Of a DNA stretch of 54,249 bases, positions 8,633-17,447 are shown piece after piece. The notes beneath the pieces are model-generated. The model saw only the letters and a program-made list of their open reading frames with translations, was not told where the DNA came from and did not search any database. A program made the position numbers and the translations under genes. Location of the stretch: positions 1 to 54,249 of IMG/VR virus record IMGVR_UViG_3300027741_000085, one strand, 5' to 3'. The DNA comes from a virus. Taxonomy: Duplodnaviria; Caudoviricetes. The first letter of the stretch is position 1. Each line of letters starts with the position of its first letter.

Positions 8633-9172
8633 ATGAGCACCATGCATTTATCTAAATCCGAGATGCCGCCGATCCCATCGGCTCCACCGGACCCGATCTT
8701 GCTTGGCGCTCGTGGGGATCGGAGGTTAAATTACAACAGCGCCACGGGGCGGCGCTTGTTCCACCAGTCCCACATGCCGCTGGGTCGGCACGCGGGAAAG
8801 ATCATGGAGCGAGTGCCGGCGGCTTATCTGGTGGAGTTCTACGACTGCCGTTATGCGGAAATGAGCACGCAGCAACGCAAGGACTGGTATCCCGTCTGGT
8901 GCTACTGTGATACGCACATCAAAGACCTTCGCTGCCGTGTGGAAACCGAACTCGTCTTAACCGACCTGAAACCTAAGCTACCCAGAGAATACACCCTACG
9001 CCTGAAATGCACTCTCATCAGCTTAACCGCGGCAGCTACCAGCCAGTCTCCGCACCACAAGTGCGAAATCTGCCACGATATAGCGGGTGTGAAATGTGAC
9101 TGTGACCCTGTTTTGAAAAACAAACGGAATATGAGCCGCGCCAGTTATGTAAAGAGGAAAGGAATTTTATAA
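8633..9172 (+). CDS. Hypothetical protein with a DUF3820-like motif
   Basis: MPLGRHAGKIMERVPAAYL resembles MPFGKYKG...VP..YL. Confidence 0.6.
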   Translation: MSTMHLSKSEMPPIPSAPPDPILLGARGDRRLNYNSATGRRLFHQSHMPLGRHAGKIMERVPAAYLVEFYDCRYAEMSTQQRKDWYPVWCYCDTHIKDLRCRVETELVLTDLKPKLPREYTLRLKCTLISLTAAATSQSPHHKCEICHDIAGVKCDCDPVLKNKRNMSRASYVKRKGIL

Positions 9173-9195
9173 CGACAAGGTGAGCGCGCGCCTGA

Positions 9196-9489
9196 CAGCG
9201 CCGCTCCGAATCGGAAAGAAACTCCATAAGCAAAAAGAAAGCATCAACGTCACATCGGAAGTCGCAATCGGGTAAAGTCTCTGACAAAATTGCCCGCCAC
9301 TTTTTTCAACGCTTCGACAATGGAAGCGACACATGCAAGCGGCTCGCTGCTCGTGGCGGGCGATGGCCGGACAAAGAAACCGACCTCGGTGGAGTCTGTG
9401 AATCCGCCTTCGCATCAATAATTGAGGACGCACTCAATGCGCTGAACGACCAAACTCTGCCGACCGAAGGGGCGGCGAAAAAGCCATGA
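9196..9489 (+). pseudogene. Decayed cassette gene (no start codon; its attC has only the left arm)
   Basis: Frame ...KIARHFFQRFDNGSDTCKRLAARGGRWPDKETDLGGVCESAFASIIEDALNALNDQTLPTEGAAKKP* ends inside attC B1. AAC-gacaag-gtgagc at 9171 has no matching right arm. Confidence 0.5.
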
Positions 9490-9542
9490 AATCACGAAAG
9501 ACTACATCCGCCCCGAAGGTTGGCAGCAGTGCCTTGTTCGGC
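9441..9542 (+). mobile_element. attC-like site B1
   Basis: AAC-gaccaa-actctgccgacc...ggttggcagCagt-gcctt-GTTCGGC. Confidence 0.85.
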
Positions 9543-9806
9543 ACTTGGTCGCCGCCAGACACGGCCCCGAGAAACGGCACGCTCATCCTCGGAGACTTTG
9601 GATGGCCATGGCCGCTGCTTGCGGTCTGGGATGAGTATGATGAGCAATGGGTGACGGCCACCCTGCAAGCCTGCCCGATGGAGAATGGGAAGAAGAACTC
9701 ATACCTTGAAACTGACACGGAAAAGGGCAGCGCATTGAAGCGATGGACTCCGCTACCGCTGCTGCCGAACGTCTCGGATCAGGCGACGGCGAGGAGGAAG
9801 CAATGA
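9486..9806 (+). CDS. Cassette gene, DUF551-like protein
   Basis: WSPPDTAPRNGTLIL...W...WTPLP motif; starts in B1 and stops in B2. Confidence 0.75.
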   Translation: MKSRKTTSAPKVGSSALFGTWSPPDTAPRNGTLILGDFGWPWPLLAVWDEYDEQWVTATLQACPMENGKKNSYLETDTEKGSALKRWTPLPLLPNVSDQATARRKQ

Positions 9807-9855
9807 AGACACGACAGACTAAATCGAGCCGTTGCCTGCATCCGATTTGTTCGGT
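9764..9855 (+). mobile_element. attC-like site B2
   Basis: AAC-gtct-cggatcaggcgacggc...gccgttgcctgCatccg-attt-GTTCGGT. Confidence 0.85.
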
Positions 9856-10087
9856 CTTGTTGGCGTGTCCATTTTGCGGCGGCAAAGCAAAACGTGGCCG
9901 CAAGGCGATAGGCTTCGACACCATCGCTGATATCGTGCGTTGCGGTGCGGTGCGTTGCCCTGTGCATCCAGAAACAACACCGTGCGACCATCGCGGAATA
10001 CTGCGAGGCAAACGAGGCGCGGCGGAAGTGTGGAACCATAGACCGAACGTCGGCGGTGAGGCGACGGCGAGCGAGGCGCACCGCTGA
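9803..10087 (+). CDS. Cassette gene, Lar (restriction alleviation)-like zinc ribbon protein
   Basis: LLACPFCGG...C..C...AAEVWNHR pattern of the Lar family; the ATG overlaps the previous stop. Confidence 0.7.
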   Translation: MKTRQTKSSRCLHPICSVLLACPFCGGKAKRGRKAIGFDTIADIVRCGAVRCPVHPETTPCDHRGILRGKRGAAEVWNHRPNVGGEATASEAHR

Positions 10088-10134
10088 CACGACAAAATTT
10101 TTACGAGCCGTTGCCTCCACTGCTCTTGTTAGAC
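10042..10134 (+). mobile_element. attC-like site B3
   Basis: AAC-gtcggc-ggtgaggcgacggc...gccgttgcctcCact-gctctt-GTTAGAC. Confidence 0.85.
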
Positions 10135-10312
10135 CCAACGAACCACAAATATGCACTCCTGCCCTGAATGCGGACAAGCCTGTTATTGCAATGGCGACAT
10201 CGACGACATTGACGCAAACGCGATGGATGGACCACCGTTCTGCGAACACCCATGTATTGAGCCAGAGAAAGATGATCGCTGGCCTGATGACCCACCAGAA
10301 GTGAAGTCTAAC
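10046..10312 (+). repeat. 264-bp cassette, copy 1 (copy 2 at 35493-35759)
   Basis: Identical apart from two substitutions seen; identity starts and ends at the AAC boxes. Confidence 0.95.
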
Positions 10313-10321
10313 AGTGATTAG
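10151..10321 (+). CDS. Cassette gene, small acidic Cys-rich protein (MHSCPECGQACYC...)
   Basis: Manual translation; duplicate of 35598-35792. Confidence 0.7.
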   Translation: MHSCPECGQACYCNGDIDDIDANAMDGPPFCEHPCIEPEKDDRWPDDPPEVKSNSD

Positions 10322-10343
10322 CCTACCACCCGTTAGCATAATG
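10310..10343 (-). mobile_element. attI-like terminal site of array B
   Basis: 33 of 34 bp identical to 36066-36099; no hairpin; minus strand reads ...GGCTAATCACT-GTT. Confidence 0.6.
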
Positions 10344-10363
10344 GTTTTCCGTTGTAATATTGC

Positions 10364-10612
10364 ATGATGCATTCACCATCAGGAATAGAGGTTGCAGTTT
10401 GCCAAGATATTGCGGAGCGTCAGCAAAAGGGTATCGCTAAATATGGCGTGACGGTGGCGGATAATCCGCTGGAATTGCGGGACTGGCTCCAACACGCCTA
10501 CGAGGAGACTTTAGACAAAGCTGTTTATCTGAAACGAGCTATCGCGGAAATGGATAGGGCGAATCAAAACCCATCGCTAACACTTCCCCCACTGCTACCG
10601 AAGTCTGAATAG
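10364..10612 (+). CDS. Conserved phage protein, possibly MazG-like helical
   Basis: RQQKGIAKYG...WLQHAYEETLDKAVYL. Confidence 0.7.
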   Translation: MMHSPSGIEVAVCQDIAERQQKGIAKYGVTVADNPLELRDWLQHAYEETLDKAVYLKRAIAEMDRANQNPSLTLPPLLPKSE

Positions 10613-12396
10613 GAAGTGACGCCTGCGCCGATGGGTCCTTGATAAAGGGTAGCCGAGGGGAGACACTTGATACCGATGGCGCTACTCATAACCCAATCGT
10701 CATGCCAACCGGCTGCGGCTTCGAGTTTGCCGTCCACGTTCTGAAACACGCGGAGTTCGTGGCGGGTGCGCTCACAGGGGATGCTGATTTCTTCTTCACG
10801 CACGAGACGGGCGACGACATCTATCATGTCCCGCTTGTTGTTGGCAGTGGTAAGCCAGCCGGGGATGCGAATGATTTTCCCCTGCCCTACAGGTTTGGTT
10901 TCGTCCGCGCGGCGTCGGCACCAAAGAGGCACGCCACGGCGTCGAAGCATCTCAATGATGCCGTGCATGTTGTTGACCTCCGGGGCGCAGACGCAGTTCC
11001 CATACTCACGGGACATGAGGCTAATCCAGTCACAAAGCACATCCAAGTCCACCCGACAATCTGGCGGGATGGCTGCGACTTGTTTGACAGGCCAGTAAGA
11101 ACCTTCTGAATCCGTGTAAGCATCCCGCCACACACTGACGGCGTGGCAGTCAGGTTCACCCCGACTGCCTGCGGCTTGTTCTCCCGTCATGAAGTCGGCG
11201 CTGATGAGGTAGCGACAGCCGATGCGGGGCGGCTCCCACACGCGGAGCCAAGCATCCGAACGGGCGCAGGGCTGAAATACGGGCGGGCGCATCTCATTGA
11301 GCTGCACTTGTCCATCACGGTTTAGCTGCTCACTTTCCAGCGTGCCCCAAAGCGTTTGCTGGGTGATGGCCATGGTGTCCAGGGTATCAAGGCCATCGAG
11401 GTCAAAGCGATTGTTTCCCGTGCCCCTGAAACAAGTGATGTCATCTGAGGGATATTCGACATCGAAACGCCGTGGATCTCCGCCTGATCGAGGATCTGAA
11501 ATCACGTCACGCCGCCACTGAAGATGTGCGGCGCTGATCTTCCAGTGATTCCCATATTTGGCCATCAAGCGCGATTCCCACTCGTCCAAGGAGTTCATGA
11601 GGGCTTCGCCTTCTGTAGCGGTCATCTTGCGCAGCGGTTTGGAGTCTTCAAAACCAAACCATGGATAGAAGACTTTCACGTAGCCATTGCCACGCTTGCC
11701 CGCTTTGAACTCGTCGAACGTGATCGCACCGTTGTAGGTTTCGTAGTAGACGCCTTGCTGTCCGTTCGCGGTGCTCTCAATGATCACGCAGGTATTTGGC
11801 AGGTCCGGCACACAGTTTAGGAGCGACTGGAATACAGCCTCGCCCGTGGCCTTGCCGCTGGGTCGGTAGTAGGCGGCTTCAGAAGCGAGAACAAACTGGA
11901 ACGTCCCGCCCATCCCGGCGCGTGGATCGTTCGCGGTTTCTTCGTAGAGCTTGCTGCCGTGGCTGAAGCCCATGCCGTCTTTGTCCGGGGTATTCCCCCA
12001 ATTCCATCGGTCGTTATCTGTGTAGCGATGGAAGATTTCCATCAGTTTACCCGTGGTATTTTTATCGTCACCAAGAATGCCGCCTGTGCAACAGAAGTTC
12101 CGCAAGTGCGTGTAAAGCAGGGCAAGCGAGATGGTGGAAGATCCTTTCTGCCGTGGCTTCAAGATGACGATGCGGCAGGGCTGCCCCGTCTCAATGCAGT
12201 ATTTATAGATGTCTACGACCTGACGCTGGAATTCGTTGAGGCGCAGTTCAGGGAACTTCACCAGTCGCCCGCCCTTGTCCTGAATGGCCCCCTCCATCTG
12301 AAGCCAAACGGCAGGATTCCCGCGCACCTCCATCTGGGCCTCAAGGCGAGCGATGGCGTCCGCTGCCTTGGTCTTGGGGGAAGCGATGGCGACCAT
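10564..12396 (-). CDS. terL: Terminase large subunit
   Basis: ILKPRQKGSST Walker A, LASEAAYY Walker B, IESTANG motif and C-terminal nuclease HDDWVMS. Confidence 0.9.
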   Translation of the reverse strand: MVAIASPKTKAADAIARLEAQMEVRGNPAVWLQMEGAIQDKGGRLVKFPELRLNEFQRQVVDIYKYCIETGQPCRIVILKPRQKGSSTISLALLYTHLRNFCCTGGILGDDKNTTGKLMEIFHRYTDNDRWNWGNTPDKDGMGFSHGSKLYEETANDPRAGMGGTFQFVLASEAAYYRPSGKATGEAVFQSLLNCVPDLPNTCVIIESTANGQQGVYYETYNGAITFDEFKAGKRGNGYVKVFYPWFGFEDSKPLRKMTATEGEALMNSLDEWESRLMAKYGNHWKISAAHLQWRRDVISDPRSGGDPRRFDVEYPSDDITCFRGTGNNRFDLDGLDTLDTMAITQQTLWGTLESEQLNRDGQVQLNEMRPPVFQPCARSDAWLRVWEPPRIGCRYLISADFMTGEQAAGSRGEPDCHAVSVWRDAYTDSEGSYWPVKQVAAIPPDCRVDLDVLCDWISLMSREYGNCVCAPEVNNMHGIIEMLRRRGVPLWCRRRADETKPVGQGKIIRIPGWLTTANNKRDMIDVVARLVREEEISIPCERTRHELRVFQNVDGKLEAAAGWHDDWVMSSAIGIKCLPSATLYQGPIGAGVTSYSDFGSSGGSVSDGF

Positions 12397-12413
12397 GGTA
12401 ACAAATGAGCGGT

Positions 12414-12728
12414 TTAACCCCAATCATCATCTGCGGGCGGGCCATCATCGTGGCCGCCGCTTTTGTCTTGTCGTTTTTGGACAACATCGAAAAGCTTCAC
12501 CCGCGCGGAACTGCTGCCCTTGTCCGCCATGGCTTTAGCGAGCATAAAAAGGGCGGGATGGAGAATGTCCAAATTGAACTTCAACTCGAGCCACTTGTTC
12601 CCATCGTTGTTGTTTTCGTGCTCCAGTAAAACACCGATGTCTCGGTATTCGACGGTAGGTTTGTCCTTTCCTTGCTGCTGGTAGGAACCGACGGGAAGAC
12701 AGGCGCGTTTAATGATGCGGGTGCTCAT
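12414..12728 (-). CDS. Putative ssDNA-binding protein
   Basis: Beta-rich, with YRDIGVL and an acidic C-terminal tail DDDWG. Confidence 0.5.
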   Translation of the reverse strand: MSTRIIKRACLPVGSYQQQGKDKPTVEYRDIGVLLEHENNNDGNKWLELKFNLDILHPALFMLAKAMADKGSSSARVKLFDVVQKRQDKSGGHDDGPPADDDWG

Positions 12729-13054
12729 GAGGGTGGTAGTAGGCGTTGATCACAATGAGGGCCTCCGTAGTAGGAGGTGAAATTATCAAGTCGCCATGGC
12801 TCTAGGTGCTCGCGGTAGCGCAGGCATTTGTCTCTGATTGAGCACTGGTTATTCACGCAAAGCGGGGACTCGTCCGGTAAGGCGTCCGATGGCACACGGA
12901 AAACCATTGCCTGAAGCAAGCAGCCGTTGTTATTGACGGGACCGCCCACGACTTCACAGTCCCAACGGTCCAGCAGGGTATTGACCCGTGCTTGCAATCC
13001 GTTCGGCGTGGATGACGTAATGAGGGCGTAGCGTTGTTGGCGTAGGGTGCTCAT
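12725..13054 (-). CDS. Hypothetical protein (DUF1737-like N-terminus, Cys-rich C-terminus)
   Basis: LQARVN.LL..W...GGP...QAMV pattern. Confidence 0.55.
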   Translation of the reverse strand: MSTLRQQRYALITSSTPNGLQARVNTLLDRWDCEVVGGPVNNNGCLLQAMVFRVPSDALPDESPLCVNNQCSIRDKCLRYREHLEPWRLDNFTSYYGGPHCDQRLLPPS

Positions 13055-13067
13055 GAGAATTAGTCGT

Positions 13068-13667
13068 CTAAGCACGTCCACTTGCGCGAAGTTGAGCAAG
13101 TTTCGCGGCGGCCTCATCCAGTGGGGTGAAGTCATCTTTTCCACCGACTTCGACACGATCCCGGTATTTGTTGGGGAGTCGGCCCTTTAGCATAAGGGCA
13201 AGCAGGGTATCGCTGTATTCGCGCCCCTCTTCGAGAAGCTGGCCTTCTTTGCCAAATTTGGCGTAGGGGACACCTTCGACAGCGCGTATATACGCGGCAT
13301 CTTCTAGGGCATCACTGCCTTCCGTAAAGGCTTCATCCCATTCTCGGGCGAAATTCGGGTATTGTTTGTAATGATTGTAGGCTGTCTGGTAGGAAATGCC
13401 CGCTTTCTTGGTGGCTCCACGGACGGTGCGGCCTTCGCTCAAGGCCTCGATAAAGAGTGGATGCCAGGACGTAACGTGATGCACGCCCCGTCTGCCGTTC
13501 CCTCGCTTGACAGGTTGGACGGCTTTACGCGTGGAGCGTGCTTGAGACGCTGGAGGCGTTTTCGATTTGGGTGGGAGAGCCGCTTTAGATTTGGATTTGC
13601 CGGAACCCTTCTGAGCGGCTCCCGCCTGCTTGGATGGTTTCTTCATGGCTTTGGAGGATGCGGACAA
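13068..13667 (-). CDS. terS: Terminase small subunit
   Basis: HTH followed by FAREWDEA...LE....RAVEG...YSDTLL..MLK....KYRD; upstream of terL. Confidence 0.8.
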   Translation of the reverse strand: MSASSKAMKKPSKQAGAAQKGSGKSKSKAALPPKSKTPPASQARSTRKAVQPVKRGNGRRGVHHVTSWHPLFIEALSEGRTVRGATKKAGISYQTAYNHYKQYPNFAREWDEAFTEGSDALEDAAYIRAVEGVPYAKFGKEGQLLEEGREYSDTLLALMLKGRLPNKYRDRVEVGGKDDFTPLDEAAAKLAQLRASGRA

Positions 13668-13711
13668 AGAAACGTATTGTCAACTAATTATCAATGTGCA
13701 AGACTTCGCCC

Positions 13712-15784
13712 GTGCATCCCGTCTTCACTCCTAGCACTCCTGAAAGCATCAAGGCCATGCCGCCACGGATGCCGATGCGCACGTCCCTGCTTTTGGATCG
13801 GCATAATGAGGACTTGCTCGTAAATTACTTTATGGAGCGGCATCAAGGTTGTCGTGATGCCTATGACGCGAGCAATCAAGGCCTGCTGAATCAACGCGCA
13901 GCCCCCGGCTTGGTCGGTGGCGTGATGGACTCGTGGATAGGGATTCGCCTCAAAGCAATGGCGCAATGGAAGGGAGATTTCTCTTGGAGAGCCACCATTC
14001 AGGATAGTGTTTACCAACTTTCCAACAAGAGCCTAAACACCGTGCGCCGCGTGATTCGTGCTGCTGCGGCTAAAGTCGTGGCGGACATCGTGGGAAGCGA
14101 TCCATTTTTTGGATTGATTCCACAAGGGCCGGAAGATGACCCGAAGCTTTGCCAAGACGTGGAACGCTGGGGACATGAACAGGCGCGCAAAGCGAATGCC
14201 CGCCACGTTTACAGGTCTGCCATTTTAGGCGCGCTCATTCGTGGGGAGAGTGTGGTGAAACGGCGCTACAACGTCCATGAAAGCAAGTGGGTGGAGCTCG
14301 TCGTTATCGCCCACACCGCCGAGGGCGAACCTATTGGTGATAGCAAGCGCGGCCCCATCTATCAGACAGATGATTTGATGCCTCATGCTTCTTTGAAGGG
14401 AGTGATGGTGTTGGTTCGAGATCCAGAGACGTTTCTTCCGCCAGATGTGAAATGGCTCGGGGTGCGGATGCCGCGCTCTGAAATCAATCAATCCATTGAA
14501 CTGGAGCAAGTTTACTGGTCTGACTTCTACTGCAACACGACGGAAGAGGACATTCATAAAGCGGACTACATCGGCCAGAGCGCGGATGTTAGCTACTACA
14601 CGATAGCGGACATGGTGCGTGGTCCGAATCTGCTAGACCCTGCGGCGGCACAAGAACTTTTGGATGCTGTAAAAAATCAGCAAACTTCCGTGCAGTCTCA
14701 GAAGTCTCTGCCTGATGCGAAGAAAGGCGAGGACGTAACCCGCCGAGGTAATCTGAAACTGCCTGCGGGTTACATTATCGAAAGTTACGGACGAGTGGAT
14801 GCCGATGGCGATGGTTCCGCCGAAGAAATCTTTGCGGTGATTGAGAAAAATACGGGGCGTCCAGTGTTCTACGATTATCTGAACGCCGTGTTTAAGGACA
14901 AGAAACGGCCTTTTGATGTCATTCGCACGGACCCTGTAGAGGGGCGATGGTATGGCACAGGGCTATACGAAGCGAATGCGCCGCTGAATGAGTTTATTGA
15001 GTTACTGTTCAATCGTATCAACCTGCGTTGCTCCAATGGTGGGCGCATCAACTTCAGTAACCCGCAAGCGACTAAAGAAACGGCTGCGGGTGAAAAGATC
15101 AGCTTTGGTAATCCCACGAAGAATTACACGTTGAACGATGGATTTACGAAGGATGATGCTTACTCCTACGTAATCGCCCCGGAGATCGACGAGAAAGCGA
15201 CGGCGCTCATGCAGATGTGCCTGCAAGCCATCCAGCTAGAGACGGGTGAGATAACCGCCGGCGATGGAAACCTGAGCGGCTTACCGTCCACTAATCTGGC
15301 GACGGGCATTCGCTCACTGGAACGGCAAGCGGCGTCTCTCATGAAGGACATGCTCATGACGCTAAGCCAAGGCGTCAGCGATAGCATGGAAGGCTTTTTG
15401 AGCTATTGCATTGCCTACATGAACGAGGAAGAAGCGTTCAACGTGATGCAGGCGGATGCGCCTAAACTGATCCAGCTCAAGCGGCAGGACGTTCAAAAGC
15501 TGAAGTATCTCTTCCGCTTATTGCTTACCCCATCTCGTGGCGACGAATTACTCGAGGCTAGCAAGCAGCGTATCGACATCGCTACGCAGTATCACGAGTT
15601 GCTGATTACTAACCCCAGCGCTGCGGCTTCCATGCGTTCTTTGTTCATTCAAGAACTTACGGCTTTAGAGACGCAGGACATTGATACCATTCTTCCTCCG
15701 GTCGTGCTGCCGCCACAAGGTGGGGCGTTGCCGCCAGAGTCAACGTCACAGCCTCAACCAACCGAACAAGCGCAAGCAGTTTAA
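13712..15784 (+). CDS. Portal protein (start probably GTG 13712; ORF track start 13694)
   Basis: Size about 690 aa; RPF....DPVEGRWYGTG motif and ATG..L helical C-terminus resemble P22-like portals. Confidence 0.75.
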   Translation: MHPVFTPSTPESIKAMPPRMPMRTSLLLDRHNEDLLVNYFMERHQGCRDAYDASNQGLLNQRAAPGLVGGVMDSWIGIRLKAMAQWKGDFSWRATIQDSVYQLSNKSLNTVRRVIRAAAAKVVADIVGSDPFFGLIPQGPEDDPKLCQDVERWGHEQARKANARHVYRSAILGALIRGESVVKRRYNVHESKWVELVVIAHTAEGEPIGDSKRGPIYQTDDLMPHASLKGVMVLVRDPETFLPPDVKWLGVRMPRSEINQSIELEQVYWSDFYCNTTEEDIHKADYIGQSADVSYYTIADMVRGPNLLDPAAAQELLDAVKNQQTSVQSQKSLPDAKKGEDVTRRGNLKLPAGYIIESYGRVDADGDGSAEEIFAVIEKNTGRPVFYDYLNAVFKDKKRPFDVIRTDPVEGRWYGTGLYEANAPLNEFIELLFNRINLRCSNGGRINFSNPQATKETAAGEKISFGNPTKNYTLNDGFTKDDAYSYVIAPEIDEKATALMQMCLQAIQLETGEITAGDGNLSGLPSTNLATGIRSLERQAASLMKDMLMTLSQGVSDSMEGFLSYCIAYMNEEEAFNVMQADAPKLIQLKRQDVQKLKYLFRLLLTPSRGDELLEASKQRIDIATQYHELLITNPSAAASMRSLFIQELTALETQDIDTILPPVVLPPQGGALPPESTSQPQPTEQAQAV

Positions 15785-15796
15785 CTTTTATTTATC

Positions 15797-16303
15797 ATGA
15801 CGACGCAAGAAGTTACTGACCTTACTGCCGCTTCTAATCGCGTTACAAGCTTATCGTTAAGCTTGGTGAATGCGAAGCGTCTAAAAATACAAGTGATTGA
15901 TGCTTATGGCGCTTTGGCCATCAATTTGGTAAGTTCACAAACGGTTTCTGATCTTGGTTCCAACTACAGTTCTGTCTTCGCTGAAGTCTTTCAAGAGGTT
16001 TCAGCTTACCCTGCAAATGGGGCGATTACTCTGGCGTCAGGAGTCGTCAAGCTCAGCAAAACCAGTGCAGGGGCATACACTTTAGCCGCGCCTACCACCG
16101 CACAAGATGACATGTATTTGATCATTTTTACGAGCACTGCTTTCGCTCATGTCATCACAGCTACAGGCCTGCTTGATGATGGAACCGCAACCCCAAAAAA
16201 TACGGCTACTTTTGCTGCGACGGTCGGTAGTAGTCTAACTCTGCAAGCAAGCAGTGGAAAATGGAAAATGCTTAACAAAAACAATTGCACCATTGCCAGT
16301 TAA
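15797..16303 (+). CDS. Virion structural protein, paralog of the next gene
   Basis: Shares AYTLAAPT.AQD...TAFAHVITATGLL.DG...KNTATF with 16349-16837. Confidence 0.7.
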   Translation: MTTQEVTDLTAASNRVTSLSLSLVNAKRLKIQVIDAYGALAINLVSSQTVSDLGSNYSSVFAEVFQEVSAYPANGAITLASGVVKLSKTSAGAYTLAAPTTAQDDMYLIIFTSTAFAHVITATGLLDDGTATPKNTATFAATVGSSLTLQASSGKWKMLNKNNCTIAS

Positions 16304-16348
16304 TTAAATCATCACTCCTCAGTATCCTAACCTCAAACTCACATTGCC

Positions 16349-16837
16349 ATGCCAACTCTATCCCAAGTCTTCTCAGCAATCGCTTACCAAGTCACCGGTA
16401 AAGGTGACAATCCCCGTGTGGAACGGTCAACCCTGGCTCATGCTGTATGCAGCGGCACGGGTGTCTTGCTCCTGAACTTCTGGAACTTCACCAGCACGAT
16501 TCTGGCGCGGGCTTACCTGCAAACCATGGACATCACGGCTTACTCCGCTGATGGTGCGATCACTGTCCAAACGAGTGCGGTGAATCTGAACAAATCAAGC
16601 ATTGGTGCTTACACTTTAGCAGCTCCGACGGCTGCGCAAGATGGGGTTCAGCTTGAAATCTTTGCAGGCACTGCCTTTGCTCACGTCATTACGGCTACCG
16701 GTTTACTTCAGGACGGTGTGACAGGTGGCGCTAAGAATACGGCTACGTTTGGGGCGTTTGTTGGGGCAGGTCTGACGTTGCTCGCCTCGGGCGGCAAATG
16801 GATCGTTCTGAGCAAGAACGTCTGCACCATCGCTTAA
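16349..16837 (+). CDS. Virion structural protein (decoration or fibre-like)
   Basis: Paralogous beta-rich domain. Confidence 0.7.
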   Translation: MPTLSQVFSAIAYQVTGKGDNPRVERSTLAHAVCSGTGVLLLNFWNFTSTILARAYLQTMDITAYSADGAITVQTSAVNLNKSSIGAYTLAAPTAAQDGVQLEIFAGTAFAHVITATGLLQDGVTGGAKNTATFGAFVGAGLTLLASGGKWIVLSKNVCTIA

Positions 16838-16848
16838 TCCGCATCTGC

Positions 16849-17121
16849 ATGAGTGAGGATCTCCCAATCTTCTCAGATCTTAGCAGGCATGACCGCCTGC
16901 GGTTGCTTCGGGAACTCCAGTCCACCAAGGGCTGGAGTGTCTTTTTGCAACCGTATCTTGCCCGCAGAGAAGAGACGGCCTTGCAGAATGTCCGCACGGC
17001 TAAGGCTGGCGATGACCTGCTCGTAGCGAGGGAAACATGGAAGTTCCTAGAATCTCTTACCAATCTGGTATCGGACACGATTAATACGCTGGAGGTAGAA
17101 GAGGCGCAGGAGCGCACATAG
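16849..17121 (+). CDS. Small head-assembly-associated protein
   Basis: L.STKGW.VF pattern common in genes near portals; ATG at 16849. Confidence 0.55.
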   Translation: MSEDLPIFSDLSRHDRLRLLRELQSTKGWSVFLQPYLARREETALQNVRTAKAGDDLLVARETWKFLESLTNLVSDTINTLEVEEAQERT

Positions 17122-17157
17122 TATTTGACCGAAACAATAATTAGTTGACTATCCATC

Positions 17158-17439
17158 ATGGCTGAATCCGCTGCACTCTCCACTTCGTCCGGCCCTATTT
17201 TCACCATCGCTCAAGGTGCGGTCGGTGTGCTCATCCAAAATGATAGCGGGATAGACTGCCGGTTTAACATCGATTCTCCTGCCGCTAATAGTGGCGCTAC
17301 GAAAGGTGTCCGCATCAAAGATGGAGAGGCTATTTCTCTGTCTTGGCCGCTGCCGCTGACACGCTCGAAGCAAATTCATGGCATAGCCGCAAGCGGCACA
17401 CCAACGCTGACGATTTTGCAACTACCGACGGGTGAATAA
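17158..17439 (+). CDS. Small beta-rich structural protein
   Basis: ORF track; LIQNDS motif. Confidence 0.6.
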   Translation: MAESAALSTSSGPIFTIAQGAVGVLIQNDSGIDCRFNIDSPAANSGATKGVRIKDGEAISLSWPLPLTRSKQIHGIAASGTPTLTILQLPTGE

Positions 17440-17447
17440 CAGCTTTT

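Noticed and set aside
9945-10304. Alternative-frame ORFs over the duplicated cassette (also 35503-35751 and the minus-strand ORFs)
   Set aside because: Shadow frames; the Cys-rich frame with its ATG after the attC is more plausible.
10331-10360. dif-like XerC arm (GCATAATG)
   Set aside because: No XerD arm (TTATGTTAAAT-like) at the right spacing in either copy.
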